A DNA stretch of 64,000 bases from Vampirovibrio chlorellavorus. Lineage in GTDB: Bacteria; Cyanobacteriota; Vampirovibrionia; Vampirovibrionales; Vampirovibrionaceae. Below the pieces are notes generated by a model. The model made no database searches. It had not been told where the DNA came from and saw only the letters and a program-made list of their open reading frames with translations. This document shows positions 8,708 to 17,603 of this stretch, piece by piece (position 1 is the first letter of the stretch; each line of letters starts with the position of its first letter). Location: the NCBI RefSeq assembly GCF_003149375.1, contig NZ_QFWH01000005.1:14004-78003 (forward strand). Reading direction: 5' to 3'. Made by a program: the position numbers and the translations under genes.

Positions 8708-10777
8708 TTAAGGGAAAACAACGTTCCCGACAATCTGCTCCGGCTGAATCGACGACTCCAGAAACTTCAATTCCCGGACATCGCTGGCGGACTTTGAAAT
8801 CCCCAGAATGACGCCATCAGCGATATCCTCGATCAGGGCAACCCTATTCTGTCGTTCGATTGCCGCAGGCTGACCAGCGACAGGATTGCCACCGGTAGCG
8901 GACATCCACGGGTGCAGGAAAATCAGGTGAAAGCCCTGCTGTGCTTGCAGGTTTTTCAGGAAGCCGGGATCCAGAATATCTTCATCCACAGTTTCAGCGA
9001 GTAACTGGTAAAGATTCTCCTGGGTACAGGAGCGATACAATTCCAGGCGTCCCAGTTTGAGAACCAGTCGCTTATTGCGGAAGGGATTGAAGAGTGCAAA
9101 GCCATCCAGTTCTGCGGCCCGTTGCGTGAAATATAAAACCTTCAGCTCCGGATGCTTAAAGGCGTACAGCCCGCTCAATACACTGGCCAGATTGCCAGGG
9201 TGCCAGAACATCTCGGGCTTTTTACCGGAGCCATCCACATAAATGGGCAAGGCGCAACGAGAGTCCGCATTGTCAAACAGGGAAATAAACAACAGGGTTT
9301 GAATCCCTCGCTTGCGAATCTGAAGGGCGATACCCTGACCAAGGGCCGCAAGCTCCTCATACAAAGTTTCGGTGGTACGGGGCAATCTGCCGGAAAAACT
9401 GCCCAGTGAGAGGCCCGGTCTTTCCAGCAACGGAATACGAGGATCCAGAAATTCAGCGATGGCCACACTGGACAGCGCCAGAACCAGACTGGCCATCCCC
9501 CCCAGTATTAAAGTGGTTTTCAAGGAAATGGGAAATACGGCATCGCCCTGTTCCGGCTCGATGGGTGGCGTCAAAACCACAAAGGCACCCAAATTCAGTA
9601 GGCTGGCTTGCTCCAGTATGGTTTCCTGAATTTTATCCTGTAGCTTTTCCTCTTCGCTTTTCAAGGCGTTCAGAGCCAAGCGCAAGTCATCCATGTCCTT
9701 TTTCTCAAAAGCGACCGCTTTAAAGCCACTATCCAGCTGAGACAAAAAACTCTCGTAATAGGATTTTTGCTGAAGCAGGGCTGCCCGCTGCGTCGTCAGC
9801 TCGATGAGCTGCTTGCCAAACGTAACGTCCAAATCACTGAAGGCCTTGTCCTCTCCCACCAGTGCGGCAGGATGAATGTTCTGGCTGTAACTGGACTGGA
9901 TGCGCTGACCAATCAAACGCTCCAGACGTTGAATCAGATCTTCTTTCTCCAGTACCACCGGATAGCTGTCTGTAAAGGCGGATTTCAGTTTTGCCAGTTC
10001 TCCCTTTTCCATGGCCAGTTGCTTCTGCCAGATTTCCAGCTTGGGATCACTTTTAATACTGACCAGGCGCTGTACCTGTGCGGGAGACAATCCCAATATT
10101 CTTTCCAGGTGTTTGATCTGCTTTTCAGTGGCCAGAATTTCAGCACTGGTAGTGCCCAGCAACTGTGTAAAATTGCTTTTTAACTTAACCAACTCCGAGT
10201 TTTTTAGATCAATATCGGTGGTGCCGCTGGCAGCTTCCACCTGTTTCAGGTTTTCGGCCAACTGGTGACGATTTCTCTGCACTTCTGCCAGTCGCACCTT
10301 CAGGAAGTCGATCCCCTTCAGGCGGGTTTCCTGAGCAATGTGCGCCAACGCCTCCTCGTAAGATTTGAGGGTATGATCCAGCACTTTTTTGGCAAAGTGA
10401 GCCGAAGTATCCTGAAAATACAGATCAATAACCTTGGTAACCTGACTCAGCTCCGTACTCACGTTGCTGTCGGCTCTCAAACGTCTCAGCAACAGGTCCT
10501 GGGCCACGTCCTCCCGCTTGGGAAACTCTTTTCTCAGCCGACTCACCACTTTATCAAGCACCAGATTGGACTTTAAAATCCGGATATGATCCAGGGTGTC
10601 ATCATACTCGTAAGCCTGATACTGGTTTGGAATTTTTCGCTGAATATAAACGCTGGATTTCACCTCATACACGGGGGCGCTCAAAAAGTGAATCAGCACG
10701 ACCGTCAGAAACGAAAAACAGAATATAGCCGTTGCCAGCCAGCGATGGCGCTTTAAGACCAGAAAAATGGAGTCCAT
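8708..10777 (-). CDS. polysaccharide co-polymerase (GumC/Wzc-like chain-length determinant) with degenerate C-terminal kinase-like domain
   Basis: N-terminal TM, long coiled-coil periplasmic region, second TM, then a roughly 250 aa cytoplasmic domain. I found no canonical Walker A (GxxxxGK[ST]) in that domain. Confidence 0.6.
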   Translation of the reverse strand: MDSIFLVLKRHRWLATAIFCFSFLTVVLIHFLSAPVYEVKSSVYIQRKIPNQYQAYEYDDTLDHIRILKSNLVLDKVVSRLRKEFPKREDVAQDLLLRRLRADSNVSTELSQVTKVIDLYFQDTSAHFAKKVLDHTLKSYEEALAHIAQETRLKGIDFLKVRLAEVQRNRHQLAENLKQVEAASGTTDIDLKNSELVKLKSNFTQLLGTTSAEILATEKQIKHLERILGLSPAQVQRLVSIKSDPKLEIWQKQLAMEKGELAKLKSAFTDSYPVVLEKEDLIQRLERLIGQRIQSSYSQNIHPAALVGEDKAFSDLDVTFGKQLIELTTQRAALLQQKSYYESFLSQLDSGFKAVAFEKKDMDDLRLALNALKSEEEKLQDKIQETILEQASLLNLGAFVVLTPPIEPEQGDAVFPISLKTTLILGGMASLVLALSSVAIAEFLDPRIPLLERPGLSLGSFSGRLPRTTETLYEELAALGQGIALQIRKRGIQTLLFISLFDNADSRCALPIYVDGSGKKPEMFWHPGNLASVLSGLYAFKHPELKVLYFTQRAAELDGFALFNPFRNKRLVLKLGRLELYRSCTQENLYQLLAETVDEDILDPGFLKNLQAQQGFHLIFLHPWMSATGGNPVAGQPAAIERQNRVALIEDIADGVILGISKSASDVRELKFLESSIQPEQIVGNVVFP

Positions 10778-11184
10778 GGCTGTCCAGCTCTCCCAAATGA
10801 CCGTTCTTGAACCCTTCGCTTGGGAAAAACGCGCCGTAGCCCCGGCAGGCTAAAGAACGTTGTTCGGTCAATCACCGATCCCAACCGGTCATGTTCATAT
10901 TAGTCTCAAGCCAGGACAGACTTTATCCTTTAAATACAGGAGTTATTGGCGTCCCGCTCACAGTCCCCTGAATGGGGTACAGCCTCGCGAACAACCACCC
11001 AAGCGGGGCCGAATCGGGTAAAAATCCAAACGTTCGAAGATTTATCCTGCCAGTTCATTATTTTCACTTTTCAGCGTTTTAGTTTTTTTTCCAGCCTTTC
11101 AGCCCGAGACTGGAAACTGGCAAACAGTGCCAAAAGCGGGCCAAAACGCGTTTGGCAGGACGTGAATGGCTTAAGCGGGCCTGT

Positions 11185-11490
11185 TTACTTTTTCAGCCGC
11201 TTGTAACCCATATAGCTGGCGGATGACAAAGCGGCAACCGCGACCAGGGCCAGACCCGGCGTTTTTTTGGGGCCATTCCCATTACCATGTCCGTTGGCAT
11301 TTCCGTTTCCATTCCCGGGAGCCGCCTCCGCAGTGAGGGTAACGGCGCTGAGCAACAGGACGGTTACCGTACACAGCAAACCAGCGATTCTGAAAAATTG
11401 ATTCACAGCAATGCCTCTCATACTTATTTTACCCACAGAGAAATAAGAGTCCCTCATTTGAATGTTGATCCATGTTTTTATAAATGTCAA
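11185..11490 (-). CDS. small secreted Gly/Asn-repeat protein with C-terminal TM helix plus basic tail (candidate exosortase substrate)
   Basis: Predicted signal peptide ...LLLSAVTLTAEA, then APGNGNGNANGHGNGNGPKKTPGLALVAVAALSSASYMGYKRLKK ending at the stop. The track ORF starts at a TTG; the real start is probably the internal ATG near 11457 or 11421. Confidence 0.4.
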   Translation of the reverse strand: MTFIKTWINIQMRDSYFSVGKISMRGIAVNQFFRIAGLLCTVTVLLLSAVTLTAEAAPGNGNGNANGHGNGNGPKKTPGLALVAVAALSSASYMGYKRLKK

Positions 11491-11582
11491 TCTTTTTGCA
11501 GGATTTCCGATAAATCTTACCCTGTTCGAACTATTTAAAACGCGCTCATCCCCCTGAGAAGAGCCTCCGGAGCATTTACCCG

Positions 11583-13115
11583 GTGAAAATTTCTGATTTA
11601 CGAAAAAAATTAACTCTGGACGGTTTGTTACTGGCTGTCTTGCTGGTACTTCTCAGTCTGCCCGTGTTGACAAGCTGGCTGGAAACACTCTGGCAACGCC
11701 CGCTGGATCACAATTTAATTCAGCTGGGAGGCGCTATTGTATTGCTGTTTGCCCTCTTGAACAGCTTCAAGCGTGAGGCACTCAAAAAAGCCCTCACCGG
11801 GTCACCCCTTCTGAACACAAGCTGGATAGGCCTGGCTTTGTTAAGCGGGGTTCTTTTGGTGCACGCCCTGTTTGACTTTCTGCATATTAAATCGTTGTAC
11901 TGGATGAGCTATTTGGGAATACTGGCTTTTTCAGGCTGGACATTGCTTGGATTTCAGCGTTTCCTGCACTGTTTGCCGTACTTTCTGTTTTCAGCGTTTC
12001 TGCTGCCCGTGGTCAACGCGGAAATCCACACAGCCATCAGCCTTCCGTTGCAACTGGCTTCAACCTGGCTGGCCACCCAATTTTCCGCCTTGTTTATACC
12101 ACTCACCTACCATCAGAATATGATGTACATTAAGGGAGAAACTTTTGAAATCACCGCTGATTGCAGTGGCCTGCAGAGCTGGGTCGGGTTTATTTTCGCG
12201 GGGCTGCTCAAACATCTTTTTGAAGGGCTTCAAAAGCTGGAATTGGCTTTACTCATCCCCATTTCCCTGATTCTGGCCCTGTTTCTGAATAGTGTAAGGC
12301 TATGCCTGACCGCGCTGGTTGCCTACTTCGCCTCCGCCGATCAGGCGCTGGCCATCCATACCAATCTGGATTATGTGCTGCTACCCCTTGGGTTCTATCT
12401 CATCTGGGAAAGTGGCCATTGGCTCAAAGCCCGGTTCCCGGTCAAAGGGGAAGAACCGAATCCGGACAAAGCGCATCCCGCCTCTTCCGCAAAAAACAGG
12501 CTGATTACCGGAATCACGGCGTGTCTGTTCCTTTGCGTCATCGTGTTTCACTGGGTGGTGAACGTGCCACTGAACCACCCGACGCCAACGACTCTGAGCG
12601 TTCCCCATCATCTGGCAGACTGGCAGGGTTCGGAGCTGGCTCTATCGGAGGCCGAAAAAAAATCGCTGGCAGGGGCGCAAATTATCAATCGGGCCTATCA
12701 CCGCCCCAATCAACGGGTGTTGCTGACCGTGCTGCAAAGTGACTCTCCTGAATATATTCATAACTTTTGGGGATGTTTGGTGGGGCAGGGGCTTCAGCCC
12801 AAACAGGTGGCGCAGTTAAAGCTGACCCTGAATCAGCGGGTTTACGCCATTCCGGTCCTGCAGTATGAGTATGAGGGAAGGCAGTATTACGAAGCGCTCT
12901 GGTACCAGTGGGATAGCGGCATTACGGCCAGTCGGTGGCAATGGTATCAGGCGGTACTGCAATCCCGCTTTGGAAAACCACCCTCTGGCTGGAAGATTGT
13001 CACCGTCACCATGCCCTTACCGCTGCAGAACCCTACAGAATCCCGGCAGGACGATATCAGCATTTTGCAGGACTTTTCCGCGCTGATGCTTAAGACCCTG
13101 AGCCCAAATCCCTGA
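11583..13115 (+). CDS. exosortase family protein fused to EpsI-like C-terminal domain
   Basis: Polytopic N-terminal half with the exosortase-type motif ITADCSGLQS (conserved Cys) and downstream NSVRLCL (Arg). Soluble roughly 190 aa C-terminal domain resembling the exosortase-associated EpsI family. GTG start. Confidence 0.65.
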   Translation: MKISDLRKKLTLDGLLLAVLLVLLSLPVLTSWLETLWQRPLDHNLIQLGGAIVLLFALLNSFKREALKKALTGSPLLNTSWIGLALLSGVLLVHALFDFLHIKSLYWMSYLGILAFSGWTLLGFQRFLHCLPYFLFSAFLLPVVNAEIHTAISLPLQLASTWLATQFSALFIPLTYHQNMMYIKGETFEITADCSGLQSWVGFIFAGLLKHLFEGLQKLELALLIPISLILALFLNSVRLCLTALVAYFASADQALAIHTNLDYVLLPLGFYLIWESGHWLKARFPVKGEEPNPDKAHPASSAKNRLITGITACLFLCVIVFHWVVNVPLNHPTPTTLSVPHHLADWQGSELALSEAEKKSLAGAQIINRAYHRPNQRVLLTVLQSDSPEYIHNFWGCLVGQGLQPKQVAQLKLTLNQRVYAIPVLQYEYEGRQYYEALWYQWDSGITASRWQWYQAVLQSRFGKPPSGWKIVTVTMPLPLQNPTESRQDDISILQDFSALMLKTLSPNP

Positions 13116-13138
13116 AGCCAGATTCCTGATGCGGGTTC

Positions 13139-13408
13139 TTGATCATGAATTGGGCAAGGCTGCCTTATCCCTCACTGAATCAAGGAGACCCACCTGTGCC
13201 CGAGAAAAAGATGCCAGCTTACGCCCTGCTTTTGATGGCCTCTCTTGTGCCATTGGTTCTGGGGAGCGGGATACTGATCTTTCAGGCGCAGGCCAGAGCG
13301 CTGCTGCAGGCGATCGGTCTCGATCCCCTGTGGATAGGAACCGTGCTGGTGGGGACAGGCTTGATAGACATCGCATTGGCCGCTTTTCTCAAGAGCAGGA
13401 TCCAATAA
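13139..13408 (+). CDS. hypothetical small membrane protein
   Basis: ORF with two hydrophobic helices (ALLLMASLVPLVLGSGILIF; LWIGTVLVGTGLIDIALAAFL). No similarity recognised. Confidence 0.25.
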   Translation: MIMNWARLPYPSLNQGDPPVPEKKMPAYALLLMASLVPLVLGSGILIFQAQARALLQAIGLDPLWIGTVLVGTGLIDIALAAFLKSRIQ

Positions 13409-13588
13409 GCCAGAGATCTCCGGAAATACAGGGCCATCCGAGTCTTCTTCCCCAAAACCGATTTGAACCTTTGTAACATCCTGAGGACAAGGGTTTTGCC
13501 AGAGACGTTTGTTTGGTGTAGTTTAAAAGGGTTCAAGCAAGGGCTTTCTATTCAAGCCTTTCAAGTGGCTTCATTTACAACATAAAAT

Positions 13589-14020
13589 TTGCAGATTTCC
13601 ACCATGACCCGGATTGAAATCGTTCGTCCTCAACTGCCTGTAAAAAATAGCGGTGCCCCGGTTGCTCACAGGCAAAACCAGGGGCCAATAGCGGTTGATA
13701 CACTGGATTGGATCAGGCCCACAAACCGATCTGTCCACTTTCAGGGAAAACGCCCACAGACTGCCTCAACCGGACAGACAGGCCGCCAAACGCAGTCGCC
13801 CAAACCGCCCATGATCATTCACAAGTTGTTTGGCCAGCCCCGTAAAAACATGATGTGGACCTTGGGCTACAGCCTGGGTGGCGTTATGCTGCTGCCCATC
13901 CCCCCGGTGGCGACCGGCGCGTTTTGTCTGGCGCTGGTTCACTTTGTTTCGGCCACTTACCAGTTCCTGCAAGAAAAACCAGAGCCGCATATCAGCCCTG
14001 CCAACTCAAGCTCAAACTAG
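13589..14020 (+). CDS. hypothetical protein
   Basis: 143 aa ORF with one C-terminal hydrophobic segment. No recognised motif. Confidence 0.2.
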   Translation: MQISTMTRIEIVRPQLPVKNSGAPVAHRQNQGPIAVDTLDWIRPTNRSVHFQGKRPQTASTGQTGRQTQSPKPPMIIHKLFGQPRKNMMWTLGYSLGGVMLLPIPPVATGAFCLALVHFVSATYQFLQEKPEPHISPANSSSN

Positions 14021-14157
14021 AGACAATCAGGCTACAGGCCCCCTCTTCAAGCTCTGTTTTCAGGCTTCCGGCGGTGATATACTAATCCTGATGTCAGTCC
14101 GTTGCCGGGCTGGCCCCGGTCAGGCCGCACGGACAGAAGTACGGGATCCGTTTCAGT

Positions 14158-14757
14158 ATGCTGGATGTTCATTTTTGGGAAAATCGCTACATCACCCAGA
14201 ACACAGGGTGGGATTTGGCGGGCCCTTCTCCGCATTTTGTGGCACTGATCAAGGCGCCACCGGCATTCTTAAAACCGGGCGCTATGGCCGTTTTGGGTGC
14301 CGGGCGTGGTCACGATGCGGCCCTGTTTGGGCAGAACGCCTTTCAGGTTAGCGGCTTCGATTACGCCAGCAGCGCCGTGCAGGAGGCCCGGCAGCGCTAT
14401 GGCCAATGGGCTGATTTTCACCAGAGGGATATTTTTACGCTGGGGCAGGCAGACACCCCCTTTGCCCATCAGTTTGATTATGTGCTGGAGCATACCTGTT
14501 TTTGCGCCATTTTACCCAAACAGCGCCCCGACTACCTGCAAACCGTCACCCGCCTGCTCAAGCCGGAGGGCTATCTGATCGGCATTTTCTGGGAGCATGA
14601 GGAAGCCGATGGGCCACCGTTCAGCACCACGCTGGAGGCGGTTCAAGCTCTTTTTTGCGATAGCTTTGACATTATTTCCGTGGAGGAACGTCAGCCCGCC
14701 AGCAACCGCCGTGGTATCGAACGCCTGATGGTTCTCCGTCGAAAAAAGGAACTTTAG
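14158..14757 (+). CDS. SAM-dependent methyltransferase, thiopurine S-methyltransferase (TPMT) family
   Basis: N-terminal FWENRY...TGWDLAGPSP TPMT-type motif and a glycine-rich SAM loop (VLGAGRGHDA). Confidence 0.7.
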   Translation: MLDVHFWENRYITQNTGWDLAGPSPHFVALIKAPPAFLKPGAMAVLGAGRGHDAALFGQNAFQVSGFDYASSAVQEARQRYGQWADFHQRDIFTLGQADTPFAHQFDYVLEHTCFCAILPKQRPDYLQTVTRLLKPEGYLIGIFWEHEEADGPPFSTTLEAVQALFCDSFDIISVEERQPASNRRGIERLMVLRRKKEL

Positions 14758-14876
14758 AGCGCCCGGTGCGCAAAAGCGGAGAAAGTCCCTACAATAAAAG
14801 GAGTGATCTGGAGTCAGGTTCATTGGCCCTGCCAATTTGGCCTGTTTCCACAAATGCTCTGGGAGTGTCGACCAAA

Positions 14877-15626
14877 ATGTCATTTAAGCAAGCAAGTCAA
14901 AAGCGCCACGTATACCTTCTGGCCCTTTTTACCCTTTTTGTCAGTGCCAGTTTGAGCGGTTGTGAACTTCTGGAAAAACTGCCCTTCCTGCCCAAAGGAC
15001 AACCTGCCTCTCAAAGCGCAGACGGATCGTCCAGTTCCGAGCCGGGCAAGGCGGATGCAAAGTTCATCAAAAGCCATCTGGACGCGGGCAACAGCAAGGC
15101 CAAAGCCGGTGACTGGGCCGGAGCCACTGAAGAATTCAAGACCGTTCTGGCCGCGGACGCCCGCAACGTTCAGGGCCATGTGCAAATTGGCTGGGCCTAT
15201 GCCGAGCAGAAGATGTGGGACGAGGCCCAAAGCCATCTCATCAGCGCTGTAGCCCTGGAGCCGGGCAATGCCGGAGCCCATGCCAATCTGGCCTGGGTCT
15301 ACGCGGAAAAGAAGCGCTGGTCAGACGCTCAGGAGCAGGCCAAGCGGGCTATTGATCTGGATCCCAAAAACCCTTACCCGCACGCTACCCTGGCTTGGGC
15401 GTATCAATCCTCCAACCAGCACGATTTAGCCATTGCTGAATATGAAAAATCACTGGAACTCAACCCGAATCTGGACAACTCCCGGGTGGCATTGGGCATT
15501 GAATACTGCAATCAGGGTAACTTGCCCCGGGCCAAAGCCCAGCTTGAGAAATTAAAAAGTCTGGGGTCACCCAAGGCCAGCGAGGTAGAGGCCCGCATCA
15601 GCAAGGGGTGTGCCCGAAAGCCCTGA
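14877..15626 (+). CDS. tetratricopeptide-repeat lipoprotein
   Basis: Lipobox LSGC after a hydrophobic signal. Repeated W..A..Y......A/AI..DP.N TPR-like units. Start taken at the ATG at 14877 (the ORF track extends upstream to 14766). Confidence 0.6.
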   Translation: MSFKQASQKRHVYLLALFTLFVSASLSGCELLEKLPFLPKGQPASQSADGSSSSEPGKADAKFIKSHLDAGNSKAKAGDWAGATEEFKTVLAADARNVQGHVQIGWAYAEQKMWDEAQSHLISAVALEPGNAGAHANLAWVYAEKKRWSDAQEQAKRAIDLDPKNPYPHATLAWAYQSSNQHDLAIAEYEKSLELNPNLDNSRVALGIEYCNQGNLPRAKAQLEKLKSLGSPKASEVEARISKGCARKP

Positions 15627-16527
15627 GTCTCTGGACTTCAGCAAAACCCTGAAATACCAGCCTTTGAAGCAAGGCCGTTTTTATCGCATAATTGGATTCA
15701 TTCCATTTTATTCTATTAAGGAACTGTGCGCCGTGGGTGAGTCTTTGAATAGTGAGTCAACGGGGAAGTCCAGCGCCTCCAATCCCCACCCGGATGTGAC
15801 GGGACGGTATTACATCCCCGGCTTTCCCATTGGGGAAGGGAAAACCGACTATGAGAAGTATCTGCGCACCCTGGAGTTGCTCAACCTGCAAAAAACACCG
15901 GCTGAAACAGTCAGCCCCGATGAACTCCTGTTTCAGGTAACCCATCAGGCTTCCGAGCTTTGGATGAAACTGATGCTGAAAGAGTTAAAAGCGCTGATAG
16001 AGGCCATGAACGAAGACAGCCTGTGGGCTGCTTTGAGGAGCTTGCGGCTGGTACACGATTGTCAGCGGCTTCTGATTCAGCAGGTGGACTTAATCGGCAG
16101 CCATATCAGTATTGTGGAATACGGAAAAATCCGACAGGTACTGGGGCAAGGCAGCGGCATGGAGTCGCCTGGCTTCAACTGGCTGCTGGAAATGGCCCCG
16201 AAACTGGGAGAGGCTTTTGAACAGTTGCTGACTCGCCACCAGATCAGCGTTCGCCAGATTTACACGGATTATCACAATCATCTGGAATTGCACACGCTGG
16301 CCGAGGCGTTGATGGACTTTGACGATCTCTTCCACAAATGGCGGGCCCATCACTTGGCGCTGGTGGCCAGAACCATTGGCACCGAATCGCAGTCCTTAAA
16401 GGGTCTGGCCACTCAGGTGCTGCAAAAAGGGGTTAAAACCCGCTTTTTCCCGGAATTACTGGAATTGCGAAGCACCCTGACCAACGAAAGCGGTCTGGCC
16501 TATGGTGGGCAGCCCTTATCCAGCTAA
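15610..16527 (+). CDS. tryptophan 2,3-dioxygenase family protein (TDO-like)
   Basis: YEKYLRTLELLNLQ and DELLFQVTHQASELWMKL match the conserved TDO helices (YxxYLxLxxLLxxQ; DEhLFIxxHQxxELWxK). The ORF 5' end overlaps the upstream gene, so the true start is probably GTG near 15733. Confidence 0.6.
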   Translation: MPESPESLDFSKTLKYQPLKQGRFYRIIGFIPFYSIKELCAVGESLNSESTGKSSASNPHPDVTGRYYIPGFPIGEGKTDYEKYLRTLELLNLQKTPAETVSPDELLFQVTHQASELWMKLMLKELKALIEAMNEDSLWAALRSLRLVHDCQRLLIQQVDLIGSHISIVEYGKIRQVLGQGSGMESPGFNWLLEMAPKLGEAFEQLLTRHQISVRQIYTDYHNHLELHTLAEALMDFDDLFHKWRAHHLALVARTIGTESQSLKGLATQVLQKGVKTRFFPELLELRSTLTNESGLAYGGQPLSS

Positions 16528-16780
16528 ACCGCAACCTGGCGGGGAGTCGTCAATCCTCCCGAACAGCGAGGAGGATTGGATGCTGATTTGGAAAGGAATC
16601 TCCCGAGAAACAGAGAGTGTACCCGGTCGTTGAGCAAGGCCCGACCAACCCACGCCTGCGACCCAACCAGACATTCCGAACAGTGCAGTGATATTACCCA
16701 GCATTTTGGAACGGGAGGCCTTTCAGGGGCGTTCTCTCGTTTCAAAACGATTGTGTCAAAACGGTGGCGTCCCTGAAAAC

Positions 16781-16812
16781 AGAAAAAAGCCCTATTGGCG
16801 GGGCTTTTATTG
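16781..16812. terminator. bidirectional intrinsic terminator hairpin between the TDO-like gene and tRNA-Val
   Basis: AAAAAAGCCC-TATTGGCG-GGGCTTTTATT: GC stem flanked by an A-run and a T-run. Confidence 0.4.
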
Positions 16813-16848
16813 CATGGTTGGAGGTTTTATTTGTTTAGTGTAATAAAG

Positions 16849-16923
16849 TGGTGGGCGCAGTAGGACTTGAACCTACGACTTCCACCGTGTGAAGGTGGCA
16901 CTCTACCGCTGAGTTATGCGCCC
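16849..16923 (-). tRNA. tRNA-Val (anticodon CAC)
   Basis: Reverse complement folds as a cloverleaf: acceptor GGGCGCA/TGCGCCC, D-stem ACTC/GAGT, anticodon stem CCACC/GGTGG with loop TTCACAC, T-stem GTAGG/CCTAC, loop TTCAAGT, encoded CCA. Confidence 0.85.
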
Positions 16924-17020
16924 GACAGTCAGAAAGTTTTCTTTCTTGCGTTTTAGTATATGAAAAAGACTTGGGGACAACAAGCATCAACTTTTATTGT
17001 CTCAATAATATTAGGCAAGG

Positions 17021-17148
17021 CTGCCTTCACAACACATTATTAAAACTGCGTGCAGCTCAGACAAACCTATGGTGCTTTGGGCAAAGATGCCAACCTGAAT
17101 TTTTAACTCGCTGTCCTCCATACAGTTACAAACGTGTTGTGAAGGGAT
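17021..17148 (+). repeat. copy A of a roughly 130-160 bp structured intergenic repeat (conserved core, copy-specific self-complementary outer stem)
   Basis: Outer inverted repeat CCTTCACAACAC ... GTGTTGTGAAGG. Core TAAAACTGCGTGCAGCTCAGACAAAC ... GGCAAAGATGCC ... TTTTAACTCGCTGTCCTCCATACAGTTACAAACG shared with copies B and C. Confidence 0.75.
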
Positions 17149-17190
17149 CATTTCCTAAAATTGGATGTGTATTTGCCCTGCCCGCCCCCA

Positions 17191-17457
17191 CTAAAAAGCC
17201 GAGTCTGACTTCATCGCGCATTGCTGTAAAAGGGCTATCCGTCGCTCGGTTCGCTGGGTAGCGCCTTCCAAAGTATCCGCCAAAGCCTGTTCCAGCGGAA
17301 TATTTTGTTGATCCGCCAGCGCCCGGGCCCTGAAAATCAGCGCTATAATCCCTTTTTCGGGCTTGCGGGCGTCAACCCGTTTGAACAGGGCCTCCAGCTG
17401 TGCCCAGTAGGCTTTCTCCAAGGGGCTTAACGTTGTATAAAAACCGGAAATATCCAT
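17191..17457 (-). CDS. hypothetical protein
   Basis: 88 aa ORF, predicted helical. No recognised motif. Confidence 0.3.
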   Translation of the reverse strand: MDISGFYTTLSPLEKAYWAQLEALFKRVDARKPEKGIIALIFRARALADQQNIPLEQALADTLEGATQRTERRIALLQQCAMKSDSAF

Positions 17458-17603
17458 AAAATGGCCTTTTTCTTTTGAGATTTGACTTTTTAAAGCCCGG
17501 GGAAAGCATTTTCAGTAAATCGCCTTGAGATGCGGATTCTGGTCTTCAGGTTTCCAGATTATGGCCGAGACATAATCCATACACAAACCATGGGAGGGCT
17601 AAC

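Noticed and set aside
11287-11340. Short GCCATT/GGAAAT-type periodicity in the small Gly/Asn protein gene that could look like a micro-repeat array
   Set aside because: It is simply the codon repeat encoding (GN)n/GHG within the ORF, not a CRISPR or tandem-repeat locus.
16849-17457. tRNA-Val followed by a repeat and small ORFs: possible integration hotspot or genomic island boundary
   Set aside because: No integrase, no direct repeat of the tRNA 3' end, no phage or conjugation genes and no visible compositional shift. Flanking genes are housekeeping (fba, TDO-like).
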